From contig NC_068992.1 of assembly GCF_001194135.2 (NCBI RefSeq), positions 16,111,575-16,170,577 of the forward strand: a stretch of DNA of 59,003 bases, written 5' to 3'. The notes beneath the pieces are model-generated. The model saw only the letters and a program-made list of their open reading frames with translations. It was not told the origin of the DNA and made no database searches. Positions 1 through 13,458 of this stretch are shown here, one piece after another (position 1 is the stretch's first letter; each line of letters opens with the position of its first letter). A program made the position numbers and the translations under genes. Origin of the DNA: Octopus bimaculoides. Lineage: Eukaryota.

Positions 1-189
1 GTGTGTGTGTGTGTGTGTGTGTGTGCGTGTCCGAGTGTGCACTAGCCTGAGTGTGACGAAAGTAAAAGGTTAGTGAGTAATTCAGTGATAATTTAGATAA
101 TGTAGTGAAAAAAATGTTAATTATTGTTTACTGATGTCTTTCTATTTGTCACTGAGTTATTTTATCACGCCAAATAACGACATAATTCT

Positions 190-258
190 ACATACATACA
201 TACATACATGCATACATACATACATACATACATACATACATACATACATACATACATG
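190..258. repeat. (TACA)n microsatellite
   Basis: Direct reading. Confidence 0.95.
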
Positions 259-849
259 CATACTCTTGTCTCCAGTCATGAAGCAATTAAACATAATATT
301 CTTTGCTGACATTATCCCGTAATTTTGAGACATATATTAAAACAGTTTTTATCAAATATCATTCATTTTACGTTTTCTTTCAACGATTAATTTCTTTCAG
401 CGTTCGGAAGAACGAAAACATCCGAGGCATACATCTGTAACATTTAGTTTAAAAGTCTAACAAAACCACCAACCCATTTACAAGTAATGTTATTTTATTT
501 AAACATCCAAGGTATCAAAATATTAATAATAAAAAATAAACTTGAGCACGACAATTCTGAAATCACGACATAATGAGCTGTAAAAGAACGCATCAGTTTT
601 TATCAAGCAATTTAAATTGCACAGAGCAATTTACTGTAACTTTAAGATAGCTAACTAGATTTCAAATGGTTAACTAGGTTTATGTTGTAATGAACCTAAA
701 AAAGCTCACTGATTTTCTGGCTTAGGTAACCTAACGAATCATTACTCGATATTAATAGATTTTTCTAACACCCGCAAACCATTTCATATAGACTTGTTAA
801 GAACAAATAATTACCGAGCATCAAATTCATTTCAAATTTATATCAAATG

Positions 850-938
<89 letters not shown>
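850..938. repeat. (TCTA)n microsatellite
   Basis: Direct reading; similar arrays at ~12439-12552, 14955-15010 and 43505-43545. Confidence 0.95.
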
Positions 939-939
<1 letters not shown>

Positions 940-1055
940 ATGTAGAGGGGGAGAAAGAGATATATAGATAGGTATGAATGCAGAAATACCCCAAACATCC
1001 ACTCATGCAAATAAACAAGCATACACCAAACACGTGCACAGACACAGACACACAA

Positions 1056-1092
<37 letters not shown>

Positions 1093-2687
1093 CACACACA
1101 CGCACACACATACCACACCACACCACACTCACACACATACATACACACAAGAATAAATATATAAATATAAGCACATATGTGTGTGTGTGAGTGTGTGTTA
1201 ACTTGCGCAGTGTCTCCGCGTTTTGCCATAATGATATAATGATATTGCAAAAACAGCTAATAAAATTTGAAAATAAAGAAGAGATGATAAGAGAAAAAAA
1301 AACCAGAAAAAAGTAAATAAAGTAAAAAAGTGAAAGGAAGAAGAAAAGAATATTTAATACTTATTTCATATATGAATTCCTCAATTTTCAAGTTTATAGA
1401 ATGATGACAACCTACAAGTGTATATTACTCGCAGCAACATTGCGAATCCTCAAAATGTAAGTAAATTATATATTGCATTTCGTTTAGAATTATATTGCCT
1501 TAATCACTTCAGAAGTTCTTTACTTTATATAATCTATAATGATATAATTGTTAAGTACGTCATCTAATATATTCAAACATATTTTACTAATAAGTTTTTT
1601 CATCGTTTTCCATAAGTTCTTCCCTTTCTTTTCAGAGTGTATTTAACATTACTATTTTCTATGAGCTGTTTTTTGTTCATTTGAAAACACCATGCTTTGA
1701 TTCAAAGATCATTTGGTCAGTATTTATATCAAGTCACATGACCATAGAAACTTTCTTTATTTGACTCCTTATAAGATACTGTTTACATAATATATTTATA
1801 TGGTATGAATTAATATGAATTGACGACGTTCTATGACGGTTCGTTTAGTTCCATGTTGATACTTCTCCGGAACAAACTCAGCGTCAGTGTTTATGATTCT
1901 GTCTCTCTTTGATATTTTGTATCATAAAGGGAACTTGATCGTCGATACCACAGATGGCGACAGTTATAAATAGTTAATGTAATGAAAGCAGTGATGGACA
2001 TTATCAGTTTCATAAGTTAAATCTAGTTCGAAGTAAAATTTCAAGCATAAGTATAGTATCTTTTCAGAGCTACTCCAACAGTATGACAAGTACATATATC
2101 AGTACACACATCTATAAGGCATAATATGCTACAAAGGAAAAGTTCACTCTGTATTCATAAAAAAGTGTGTATCACAAATAAATATGAAATTGTTACTCCC
2201 AAAAACGTTCCTTAAATCCACGCGAGCAAAATAACTTCTTCAAATACATATAGGTCCCTTGTTACATGTTGTACCTGTAACAAGAAACACTAAACTGAGA
2301 TGTCGACAGTAACCGTTATTTTTTAAATATCAGTTATAACATTGAAATCCACTGGATTCGACAAATAATCGAAATCGTTTGGTTACGTCGGCTAACTTGT
2401 GAATCTCGCTGATATAAAGACTGTCTACGATATTTCAAGTTAGTATCAATTGTATTTTTGTAACTTCTTCCGTAATTCAGAGAAAATTCAAGCGAAAATG
2501 AAAACAAAAATAAAAGACACAAGATTGATCATAGAAGCTGTTATTGTTCAGTCATTTGGAAACTTTATTCTTTATATTGATATGAAAGACGAACCATCAA
2601 TCATAGAATCTACAAAATGATCTAAAATGGTTTCGTAGAGATGGATACGTACGCCTTCACAGACGCACTAACTTGAATACACAAAAC

Positions 2688-2737
<50 letters not shown>

Positions 2738-5160
2738 CAATATACATATATACACACATACACACACACACNNNNNNNNNNNNNNNNNNNNNNNNNNNNN
2801 NNNNNNNNNNNNNNNNNNNNNNNNNNNNNNNNNNNNNNNNNNNNNNNNNNNNNNNNNNNNNNNNNNNNNNNNNNNNNNNNNNNNNNNNNNNNNNNNNNNN
2901 NNNNNNNNNNNNNNNNNNNNNNNNNNNNNNNNNNNNNNNNNNNNNNNNNNNNNNNNNNNNNNNNNNNNNNNNNNNNNNNNNNNNNNNNNNNNNNNNNNNN
3001 NNNNNNNNNNNNNNNNNNNNNNNNNNNNNNNNNNNNNNNNNNNNNNNNNNNNNNNNNNNNNNNNNNNNNNNNNNNNNNNNNNNNNNNNNNNNNNNNNNNN
3101 NNNNNNNNNNNNNNNNNNNNNNNNNNNNNNNNNNNNNNNNNNNNNNNNNNNNNNNNNNNNNNNNNNNNNNNNNNNNNNNNNNNNNNNNNNNNNNNNNNNN
3201 NNNNNNNNNNNNNNNNNNNNNNNNNNNNNNNNNNNNNNNNNNNNNNNNNNNNNNNNNNNNNNNNNNNNNNNNNNNNNNNNNNNNNNNNNNNNNNNNNNNN
3301 NNNNNNNNNNNNNNNNNNNNNNNNNNNNNNNNNNNNNNNNNNNNNNNNNNNNNNNNNNNNNNNNNNNNNNNNNNNNNNNNNNNNNNNNNNNNNNNNNNNN
3401 NNNNNNNNNNNNNNNNNNNNNNNNNNNNNNNNNNNNNNNNNNNNNNNNNNNNNNNNNNNNNNNNNNNNNNNNNNNNNNNNNNNNNNNNNNNNNNNNNNNN
3501 NNNNNNNNNNNNNNNNNNNNNNNNNNNNNNNNNNNNNNNNNNNNNNNNNNNNNNNNNNNNNNNNNNNNNNNNNNNNNNNNNNNNNNNNNNNNNNNNNNNN
3601 NNNNNNNNNNNNNNNNNNNNNNNNNNNNNNNTATATATATATATATATATACGCACACACACACATAATATATGTATATACATACGCGAATACGCGCGCG
3701 CGCACACACACACACGCGCACACACACACACGCGCACACACACACACGCGCACAAATATAGTGAACTGAAACTTATTGAATGAGAGGAATAGGAAATATA
3801 GGCCATGTATGTCAAAGATTTGCTTTCGATAGAAAATATTGATACTATCAAGCAATGAGAAATAAAGGTTGTGAATTAATATTCATGTCAGATCGATGAT
3901 AATACGAGAACAAAAAAAAATAAGAAGAAATTTCTAGATATACTTAAAACAAAGTCCAGTTCCTTTGATTCTATTGTAAATTTGTATTCCAATTAACATC
4001 TAAGGGGACAGATAATATTACTCTAAAATCTAAAACATATTGTTTCTCTTTCCAATAACAATGAGTATGTTGATAACGTACGTTGTGTAATCACAAGAGT
4101 TGGATCATTAAGAAAGTCATTCTTTCGTAATTAACTAATCTTGTTTGTGTTAAATGAGAATCTATAACGAATACGTTATACAAAAGTCGTCTTTATTTCT
4201 TTCTATAATTTGTAATATATATAAATAATCTAATTTTGTGATCGGAAATGAAAATGTTTTTTTTTATAAAACGGAATACGGTTATTCGATTAACATTTGT
4301 TCTTCTTTACCAAAGGACGAACAATAGACGCGTGGTAAAATTCTGGATAATAGTTTATATCAAACTCCTGAATATTAATTGAAACGGGTAAAAAATGATC
4401 GGCCATAAGTGTGACAAAAGATATACCAACCTTATCTCTGTTGTTTTTTGTTTTTATCCGAAAATACATTGTTTAAGATATCGTCTCTTCCTTAACACCC
4501 TAGATAGAGACTCGGGGAGATATGACGGAAATTTCTTACAGCTCCAGAGACTTCGTACGGTTTCCCAATGATCTGAGCTACGTGTTTCTCTGAGAGGACT
4601 AACCCGCGTTCAAAATCATCCTAAACACACCTTGCTTAAATCACTACTATCCGGTTAATTTATTAATAAATTCAGATTGCCAGCAGCAGAACAGTTTTGC
4701 AATTGGATAGAACTAAACTGTCAATCGGCTACCTGAGACCGTAGAGCTAAGTTTCCGTAAGAAGACTATGAATCAAACTCAGAAATAATAATACATATAA
4801 CTCCAACTAAAGGTGCTGAGCGCTTTTTACTTTCGTTTCTCTTTTCAGAGATAGATAGATAGATTCATCTGTCTTTTCATACTTAATATATAAATACATT
4901 GGGAAAAGAAAATTTCCTGCGATATTCTCGCGGAAAAAACACCTCACATTGAGCGTTTCTGTGTTTAAAATAGCAATACATATTGGAAGCACACAAGAAT
5001 GGCTCTTAAACACAGCACGTCCATAAAACATATTATCGCCGGATGAATCCCGTAGTAAATTTACGCATGGCATACAAATGACTATTTAATCTAACACAGC
5101 TTCTACTGTATATAATGGATATGCTTTGTACATATGTGTGTTTGTGTGTGTGTGTGTGTG

Positions 5161-5237
<77 letters not shown>

Positions 5238-6061
5238 TCATTATTAAAATTATAATTAAGGGTATCTAAGAGGTACCACCATGCTAGAAATAGCAGCCAA
5301 AACTTGACTCTAAAACGACGTTCGTATATGTAAGTATTTGTATGCTGTATNNNNNNNNNNNNNNNNNNNNNNNNNNNNNNNNNNNNNNNNNNNNNNNNNN
5401 NNNNNNNNNNNNNNNNNNNNNNNNNNNNNNNNNNNNNNNNNNNNNNNNNNNNNNNNNNNNNNNNNNNNNNNNNNNNNNNNNNNNNNNNNNNNNNNNNNNN
5501 NNNNNNNNNNNNNNNNNNNNNNNNNNNNNNNNNNNNNNNNNNNNNNNNNNNNNNNNNNNNNNNNNNNNNNNNNNNNNNNNNNNNNNNNNNNNNNNNNNNN
5601 NNNNNNNNNNNNNNNNNNNNNNNNNNNNNNNNNNNNNNNNNNNNNNNNNNNNNNNNNNNNNNNNNNNNNNNNNNNNNNNNNNNNNNNNNNNNNNNNNNNN
5701 NNNNNNNNNNNNNNNNNNNNNNNNNNNNNNNNNNNNNNNNNNNNNNNNNNNNNNNNNNNNNNNNNNNNNNNNNNNNNNNNNNNNNNNNNNNNNNNNNNNN
5801 NNNNNNNNNNNNNNNNNNNNNNNNNNNNNNNNNNNNNNNNNNNNNNNNNNNNNNNNNNNNNNNNNNNNNNNNNNNNNNNNNNNNNNNNNNNNNNNNNNNN
5901 NNNNNNNNNNNNNNNNNNNNNNNNNNNNNNNNNNNNNNNNNNNNNNNNNNNNNNNNNNNNNNNNNNNNNNNNNNNNNNNNNNNNNNNNNNNNNNNNNNNN
6001 NNNNNNNNNNNNNNNNNNNNNNNNNNNNNNNNNNNNNNNNNNNNNNNNNNNNNNNNNNNNN

Positions 6062-6137
<76 letters not shown>

Positions 6138-6654
6138 GCTTGGCGTGGAAACTTATAAACAAGTGTCGTATCAGAGTTTCACTTCCTGCATGATTCTGTT
6201 ACATGCGCAGAGGAATTTACCTCTACATGGTCAAGTCAAGTCTATCTAATAATATGTTTCTGATATGATGTTTATTAGCCCTACTTTCCTTGAAGCAAAC
6301 CTTACATTAGCACGAACAACGAGTGGCAACCAAAGTATAGGTAAACAGATCCTCGCTCGAGGTGTATGAATTACTCTTCAATTACAGCTATAAATTGTGT
6401 TACGAATATTAACCGAAATCAGAGGTCTTTCAGTCAGTGAAGCACTTGTATATGTGTATAAATGTGCATTTTATTTGTCCGTTCTTCAAATGTGAATAAG
6501 GGATAATGATCTTAGTATCGATTATAATAGCTTTCTTAAGATATTGCATGTGTCTTCCTTTGTGTGAGGATTATCAAATACTCAATTGTAAATATAAACT
6601 AAATTTATAGATATAATCGTTTCTAATTTAGGGATCAGATCAACAAATTTGGCG

Positions 6655-6775
6655 GTCGATTGAGCTCGACGGTATTTGAACTCAGAACTTAAAAAACCAG
6701 AACATATGCCTGAACGTTATTTTTTTTCTCAGACTCTCCAACGTTTCTGGCAGCTCGCTTCCCTAAAATTATCAG
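6655..6775 (-). mobile_element. SINE family B fragment
   Basis: GCTCGACGGTATTTGAACTCAGAAC...TTCTGGCAGCTCGC matches the family B head in reverse. Confidence 0.55.
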
Positions 6776-7084
6776 ATATCATAATGTTGCGTAAAAAATA
6801 TACAACTAGAGACTCATTATTTAGGCGTGTATCTGCTGGAATTTCTATTTTGGACAGATCAGCACCTATAGGTAAGAAATTTATCACTAATCAATTTGCC
6901 ATTACGAAATGGAAACAGGTGTTAAAGACTGGATTCTCTCCTTTGTACATTTTCAAAAATGTTTCTCGATCCTTGGGACTGATAAGCCGGTCACCCGGGT
7001 TCCATATTGCATAATTAACATAAATCACTACAATCCCCTTGGACAGGAATCATATACATTGCAGAGTTCAAAATCAGTAATTTT

Positions 7085-7240
7085 GAGTAATACTTGACTG
7101 ATACTATATTTTAATCACCCGGAAGATATGGAATTCATGGATGAATACGGTTGTATTTGAACTCAAAATGTAGAGAACCGAAAAAACTTCTACCAAGCAT
7201 TTTGTCAGACGTGTAAACGATTCTGTCAGCTCACCAGCTT
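7085..7240 (-). mobile_element. SINE family B fragment
   Basis: TTTGAACTCAAAATGTAGAG...AAGCATTTTGTCAGACGTGTAAACGATTCTGTCAGCTCACC. Confidence 0.65.
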
Positions 7241-7945
7241 TCTTTATACATTAATAAAAATTATTAAATGCGTGCATCATGGAAAAGAAAGGCGAATATC
7301 CATAACATATATTTCTTTACACATACAGAAAATAAAAACAACGTTGAATCAGAGCCCTGAATGACAGCAACAAAGTTAAAATATTTCCGACTTATGTATC
7401 AATGTGGGAAAAATGAAATCACCAATATTGTTCTTTATTATTCTATTTTAGTTTAACATTTAAATAAATAAATAGATAACAACGGAAAAAATTCACGTCT
7501 GAAGCTGCTAGGAAATGGCACAAATAATAGGAGTTCAAAAAATTGTATTGCTCAAGATAATATTGTTTCTTGATAGGGTAATTATCTGTAGTCTATTTTG
7601 TAACCATCACTATTTTTGTTTTGTTATTTTTATTCTATTTATCATCATCATTTTGTTTTCGCTGAGGATATCGGATTTTTAGAATTCGTTATCATCAGAT
7701 ATATATTTTGCTGATAATGATGTTTTTTTTTTTTAAAAATGTGAATCTTCTTTTTAAAATATTGCAAGTTACTAACATCGAGTGAGAATTCGCATTTATG
7801 AGACTATTAATTTGTTTGTGGGCAATAAAAGATAACAGTTCCTTTTAGTGTCCAATTCAGTTATATACCATTAAGCAAAAAAAAGTATAAGAAAAAGCAA
7901 TTAAAAAAGGATGGAATGACAATGTTGTGTAGGCGTATACGCAAG

Positions 7946-8014
<69 letters not shown>

Positions 8015-8309
8015 TACATGCACACACATTTTTTGCGTGTGTGAGTGTACGGATATTAATACACTCATATTGACGCATGTATGCAATGAATCGCACCTAT
8101 ACACATGCATACGCGCGCGCGTGTGTGTATAGTGTTTATGTGTAATTAGTCACAAGCGTGGATGTCAGCATAACTAACTGGTTATGTAGATTTTTTTGCC
8201 ATCAGGAGGCACGGTGTTCGACCCTGCTGCATGGTAGCTAGCTTACGCGATATTTACATTAACCACACAAAGCATGTGTGTAAAAACTTCAGTGACAGAA
8301 AGTTTTGAA

Positions 8310-8595
8310 GCGCATCGAATGGATGGATCACAAGTGAAATTGAAGAACTGGAAGTGAACAGAATCTATAGCACCTCAAAAGGTGAGTGTGGTGCCTATTG
8401 TGAGTGGTGCACGTGGGACCATCTCAAAGAGAGCAATACTCTGGCATGAAAAGCAGCAAATACCAAACTTCTTAGGAAATATTCAGTTGGCAGCAATCCT
8501 TGAAACAACTCATGTGGAAAGCGTTGATGAGGGAAGTGTTGCCTCCGAGGGATGGAGCAATGGAATGGCATACATAAATCAAGTTCAGTAACAGT

Positions 8596-8650
<55 letters not shown>
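8310..8650 (+). mobile_element. RLE-type (R4/NeSL-like) non-LTR retrotransposon 3' end with (ACT)n tail
   Basis: EELEVNRIY...VSVVPIVSGARGTISK...GNIQLAAI resembles the post-nuclease VVPIVIGALG motif; (ACT)n runs ~8597-8650. Confidence 0.55.
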
Positions 8651-8651
<1 letters not shown>

Positions 8652-9949
8652 AAAGAGAACAAGGAGGAGGGGAGGAGGAAGAGGAGGAAGAGGAGGAGGA
8701 GGAGGGGAGGAGCAAGAGGAGCAAGAGGAGGAGGAGGGGGGGTGTTTTTAAAATTGCACAATGCTTGAAATTCTGGTGGGAGATCACTGGAGGTGGTTAT
8801 ATCAGTGAGAGGTCATGCACCATGAATCTGAGTTAAGGCTGACCATGGCATAGCAAACGCCTAGAGGGATATATATTACGTGTGTACGAATAACGTAGTC
8901 CACCCTTCATAGTAAACCGTGTTTTGGATATGCATTGCCATGCCTTCAAGCGTATCAAAGGAGGTCGTATATGGCTTCATTTACTTGCTAACCAGCATTA
9001 TTGTCGTGCGGTGTGTGACGATTGGGATTACTGGAATTATTTGTATCTTGTTTTATTCATACCTAGCTGTTGACAATCGATACCAACTCCCAACTTTAGT
9101 TTTAGAAGGTTAAAACATCATCGTCCTTCTATACTAGAATTCATTAGTTTAAAAACCGTTTGTACTTGTATCTCGTCACCAAATTCTTTTAAAATATTGC
9201 TAAATGTTATAATACTACTATCATGTCATGTTATGCTGTCGTTGTCACTATTACTCTTTCTGCCTTCAGAAACTATTTTTCAGTAAAACCTAAATCCTAG
9301 ACAATACCGTTAAAATTGCTGATTTTTAAGTTACTGAAACATTAAAAAAAAAAAGTTTTGTCTTCTTAACAGTTTACTGCAAAGTTGATGATTAATCTCT
9401 AAATGAAATTACAGTTTCTTTTTTTATTCAGCTGTCGATACCATTGAATTGCTCGCTGTCAGTTAATGACGTTTTTCTTTCTCAAATCATTAAAGATTGA
9501 ATCTCAAAAAGAAAAAATACAGCAAAATATTTTAAAATTATCGACTTACATGATATATCATTCAAATGGTAACAATTTAAAAGAAAATGCTCAAAGAAGT
9601 ACAAAGAAGATACAAAAGGAATTGATCCGCGAGGAAAACTGTAAAGATGTTTCGAAATTCAGACAATGCCAGATGGAATTTTATCTTACTGAATGAGAGA
9701 AATAAATAATATAAAAAATGTCGTAGACTATTGGACAGACGAAACATAGACAGACATATATCTATAACTACACACAAACATCCACAAATGTGTATATACA
9801 TATATGCATACGCTCATACATGAATATACACTACAATAGCTGGACTGTTTTGTTGGTGTTCTCTTTCTCTTTGTTCTGTCATAGTCAGCTTCGATAGGTT
9901 AATATTCACCAAGGTCATGGAACATCGCATACATAATTGACATAATTTA

Positions 9950-10257
9950 TCTTTTATCTTTTACTTGCTTCAGATATTTGACTGAAGCCAGGCTGGGGCA
10001 TTACTTAAAGAGTTTTAGTCGAACAAATTGATCCCAAGCCTTATTCTTTTAAAGCCTAATACTTATTCTATATTTTGCCGAACCACAAAGTTACAGGGAC
10101 CTTAGCACACCAACAACAACCGGTTATGGAAGCCAAATACAGAAACAAAGATACATACACACGCACGCACACACACATGCGACGGGCTTCTTTCAGTTTC
10201 CGTCTACCAAATCCACTCACAATGCTTTGGTTGGTCCGTGGATATAGCAGAAGCCAT
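9950..10257 (-). mobile_element. SINE family A, diverged
   Basis: Reverse complement of the body and 3' end (TTACTTGCTTCAG...GACGGGCTTCTTTCAGTTTCCGTCTACCAAATCCACTCACA); internal (CA)n. Confidence 0.75.
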
Positions 10258-11039
10258 AAGATCGGTTATACACCATTGGGATGAAGACACACTGGCCAGG
10301 TAGCTATGTAAGAAACTAAGGCTGAAATTGCACAACAAAATGTTATAATCCTGCCCCAAAACGATTGGAGAAAATGAAATGATATAGTTCCTGTGATGTC
10401 TAAGTGCATGCAAACATTCGAAATAAGAGCAAATCAATCGGGTTATCTTTGTTGAAACAAGAAATCCAAGTGGTTACATTAACTGTCGTCGTGTACCGGA
10501 ATGGAAATAATATTGTAGTAAATTAGCTTTAAAAAAATCTCTGTAGGTAAATGCCATAGAGAGTGAATTAACAAGAGTGTCACGTGAGGACATATAAATA
10601 GTTCTATTATTTATAGGAACTCTTAGTATTAAAACATGAAGTTCTAGCCAAACGTTCACTATTTTCTTCTACACTTTGGTAATTACTTTAAAGGTCAAAT
10701 CATCAATAAAATTTGCGATTATAAAACAAATTATAATATTTAAACGAAACCCAAAGAAAAAGGAAAGGAAAGCAGAAAAGGTATTGGTATTCTATATCCT
10801 TTGGTATTGATATTATAGATATCTTCTGCATGTTTCACAATTACCCATATTCTGCGTAATATACAATTGACACACGTGTAAATTAAAAAGAAATGTGTTG
10901 TAACTAAATCTACTTTACTGTTACAGAAGAAGCAACAATAATAATGTTGAGATTAATTGTTTTCAATGAATTAGATACAAGACTTAAGACTTGCGTTAGG
11001 GCTGAATTCTTTTCGGCGTAATTTTGACTTGTGTTTATT

Positions 11040-11165
11040 TCCTGAATCAGGGATGGTCGAAAGGTAAAGTTGACCTCGGTGGGTTTTGAACCTACATTCA
11101 TAAAGGCCCGAAAGAAATGCATGAAGACATGTTGTTTAACAGTCTAAAGATTCTGCCAAACCTGC
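11040..11165 (-). mobile_element. SINE family B fragment
   Basis: GAAAGGTAAAGTTGACCTCGGTGGGTTTTGAAC...GATTCTGCC. Confidence 0.6.
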
Positions 11166-11199
11166 ATCATAACAATGATAATATCAAGGATTTCGGATT

Positions 11200-11403
11200 T
11201 CGGTACAAGGCCAGCAGTTTTGAGGGAATCGCATAAGCCGATACATCAAATTTGTACTTGACCGGTACTTTATTTTATTGACACCGAAAATATGAAAGAC
11301 AAAAATTGTCCTTGGCAGGATTTACACTCCGAAGTAAATATCTGGAACAAATGCTACCATGCGTTTATTCGATGCTCTAACGATTCTGCGAGTTCATCGC
11401 CTT
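11200..11403 (-). mobile_element. SINE family B, diverged
   Basis: TTCGGTACAAGGCCAGCAG...CCGGTACTTTATTTTATTGACACCGAAAA...CTAACGATTCTGCG. Confidence 0.65.
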
Positions 11404-11654
11404 GAAGATAGCAAAATTATTAGTTGCTTCAAATTAAATACAAAGCTTTAAATTATGAGGAGAAGGGGTCAGTCTTGAGGCACGAAATTCATTTCGATTA
11501 AAAGGAAGAGCGGCCAAGAGAGGACTCAGTAGGGTGCTTCTTAAAAAGGAATAGTCTATTAATGTTGAGTGTTGATATTCCGCGCCTCAGCTTTGAGCAC
11601 GTCAGTTGGTGTTTCTGTTCCCGAAACGGGGAGACGGGAACTGGAGTATATGTC

Positions 11655-11690
11655 ACAAAAGTTGACGTCACAAACGAGTGACTCAGACCC
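11655..11690. promoter_or_regulatory. CRE plus AP-1 site pair
   Basis: TGACGTCA 11663-70 and TGACTCA 11679-85. Confidence 0.25.
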
Positions 11691-11823
11691 CACCTGAACT
11701 CCAGCGAAACCAGGTTTATAATGCAATTATTCAATAATCCTACGTCTATAGCATAATATCATAATTGAGGAGAAACAGACTAGTGTATTTCACATAGTTT
11801 TTGTTATTTAAAATCTGCGTTTG

Positions 11824-12082
11824 GCCTAAATTTTTATGTTAGCTTTGTAGAGAACTAAAGGGTTGCGTTAGGATGCACTGAAATTGTTTGTCGATATAAA
11901 AATTCTTTGCTTATAGTAAAAAAATAAATTCACTTATTAGCCTAAATCTGTGCGTCAGATTTGCAGAGATTTAAAGGGTTGTATTTAGGATTCCGTTCAG
12001 ATTTTCTACGTAATTATTGAATGCATTGAAATTGTTTATCAGTATAAAGACTCTTTGCTTAACGTAAAAAAAAAGAATCACA
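11824..12082. repeat. Diverged tandem duplication (~110 bp x2; second copy has a ~30-bp insertion)
   Basis: GCCTAAA...AAAGGGTTG...ATGCA(C/T)TGAAATTGTTT...CTTTGCTTA..GTAAAAAAA occurs at 11824-11933 and 11940-12082. Confidence 0.75.
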
Positions 12083-12439
12083 TACATGGATGTCATGGAT
12101 ACCATTTTATACGAAGTGCTCTACTGGAAGTAACGTAAACACTTTAAACTAATGGGTTTTCCTTTGAACGCCAAGAAGAAGGAACTTATGCATTCAGAGC
12201 AACAGGAGTTTGCCTGCTGAGCCACAGATAATACATATAGTCTACTAGAAGTATTTATAATGATTTAATTAAGTATGTATGATGGTACGTAATTTACACA
12301 CACATAGACACACATACATACACACACATATACACATGTATTCATCTATTAGTTATATTCAAAAGAAGCTGTATTAGCTTAAAAGAACTGTCTGTGTATC
12401 ATACTTAATTCTTATACATGAGTGTTCAGATGTGTGTTC

Positions 12440-12472
<33 letters not shown>

Positions 12473-12473
12473 A

Positions 12474-12524
<51 letters not shown>

Positions 12525-13387
12525 CCTATCTATCTATCTATCTATCTATCTATGCACATATATATGTATGTGTGTGTTTGAGTGTGTATATACGTATGTG
12601 TGTGTGTGTATGCACGCGCGAATTCTGTATGTGTAAAAGTGTTTATTACTGATGTGTTGTATATGTGTTCTATTCTGTGATCCTACTCACAGACATATAG
12701 ATGTCCTATTCGCAGTAAACCAGTGCTACAAGCACATGGAAGGCTGTGTCATTTTTGAAATTCATTTTGTAACGACGTAACTTCAATTATCAACCGCTGT
12801 GCGCAGTATGATGGTCGATTATCTTCTAAAGTAGATTTTGATCGAAAAAAAAAAAATGAGTAAAATTCGGCTGGCAGAAACTGTGGATAAAACGACTTAT
12901 ATTTGGCGATGGATATACAAGTCCGTCTGTCATTCAATTTAACACTACCATCTGGCTCTTGGTCGAGTTTATTCTGCAGTTTCAGTTAAGTGGTGGTAGT
13001 AATTTTTTTACGCATCAATATTGAAAATTTAATATTCGAGTGTTTTGGGCACCAATTTTTATCAATATAACGTAACTCTAATTAGCTACATTACGCAAAA
13101 ATTATAGATATTGTAATTACGAATGAGAATTTCTATCATTATAGGCGAGCATTAAGGTATGATACGCTCCTGCTGTTGTTGAAATAATTGAGATAAAAAA
13201 AGAGAAACGCAGACATAATTAGAAAGTTAGTATCTACCCGTTCAAACAAAGTCCTGTCCTGTTGTACACAGGTAATATATGTACATACATACATACATAC
13301 ATACATACATACAAACATATATGTATATATATACATATATACATACATATGTATGTATGTATGTATGTATGTATATATATATATATA

Positions 13388-13458
<71 letters not shown>

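Noticed and set aside
2258-2284. Perfect 9-bp hairpin CTTGTTACA/TGTAACAAG
   Set aside because: Several such hairpins are expected by chance in AT-rich DNA of this length, and it is too short for a pre-miRNA.
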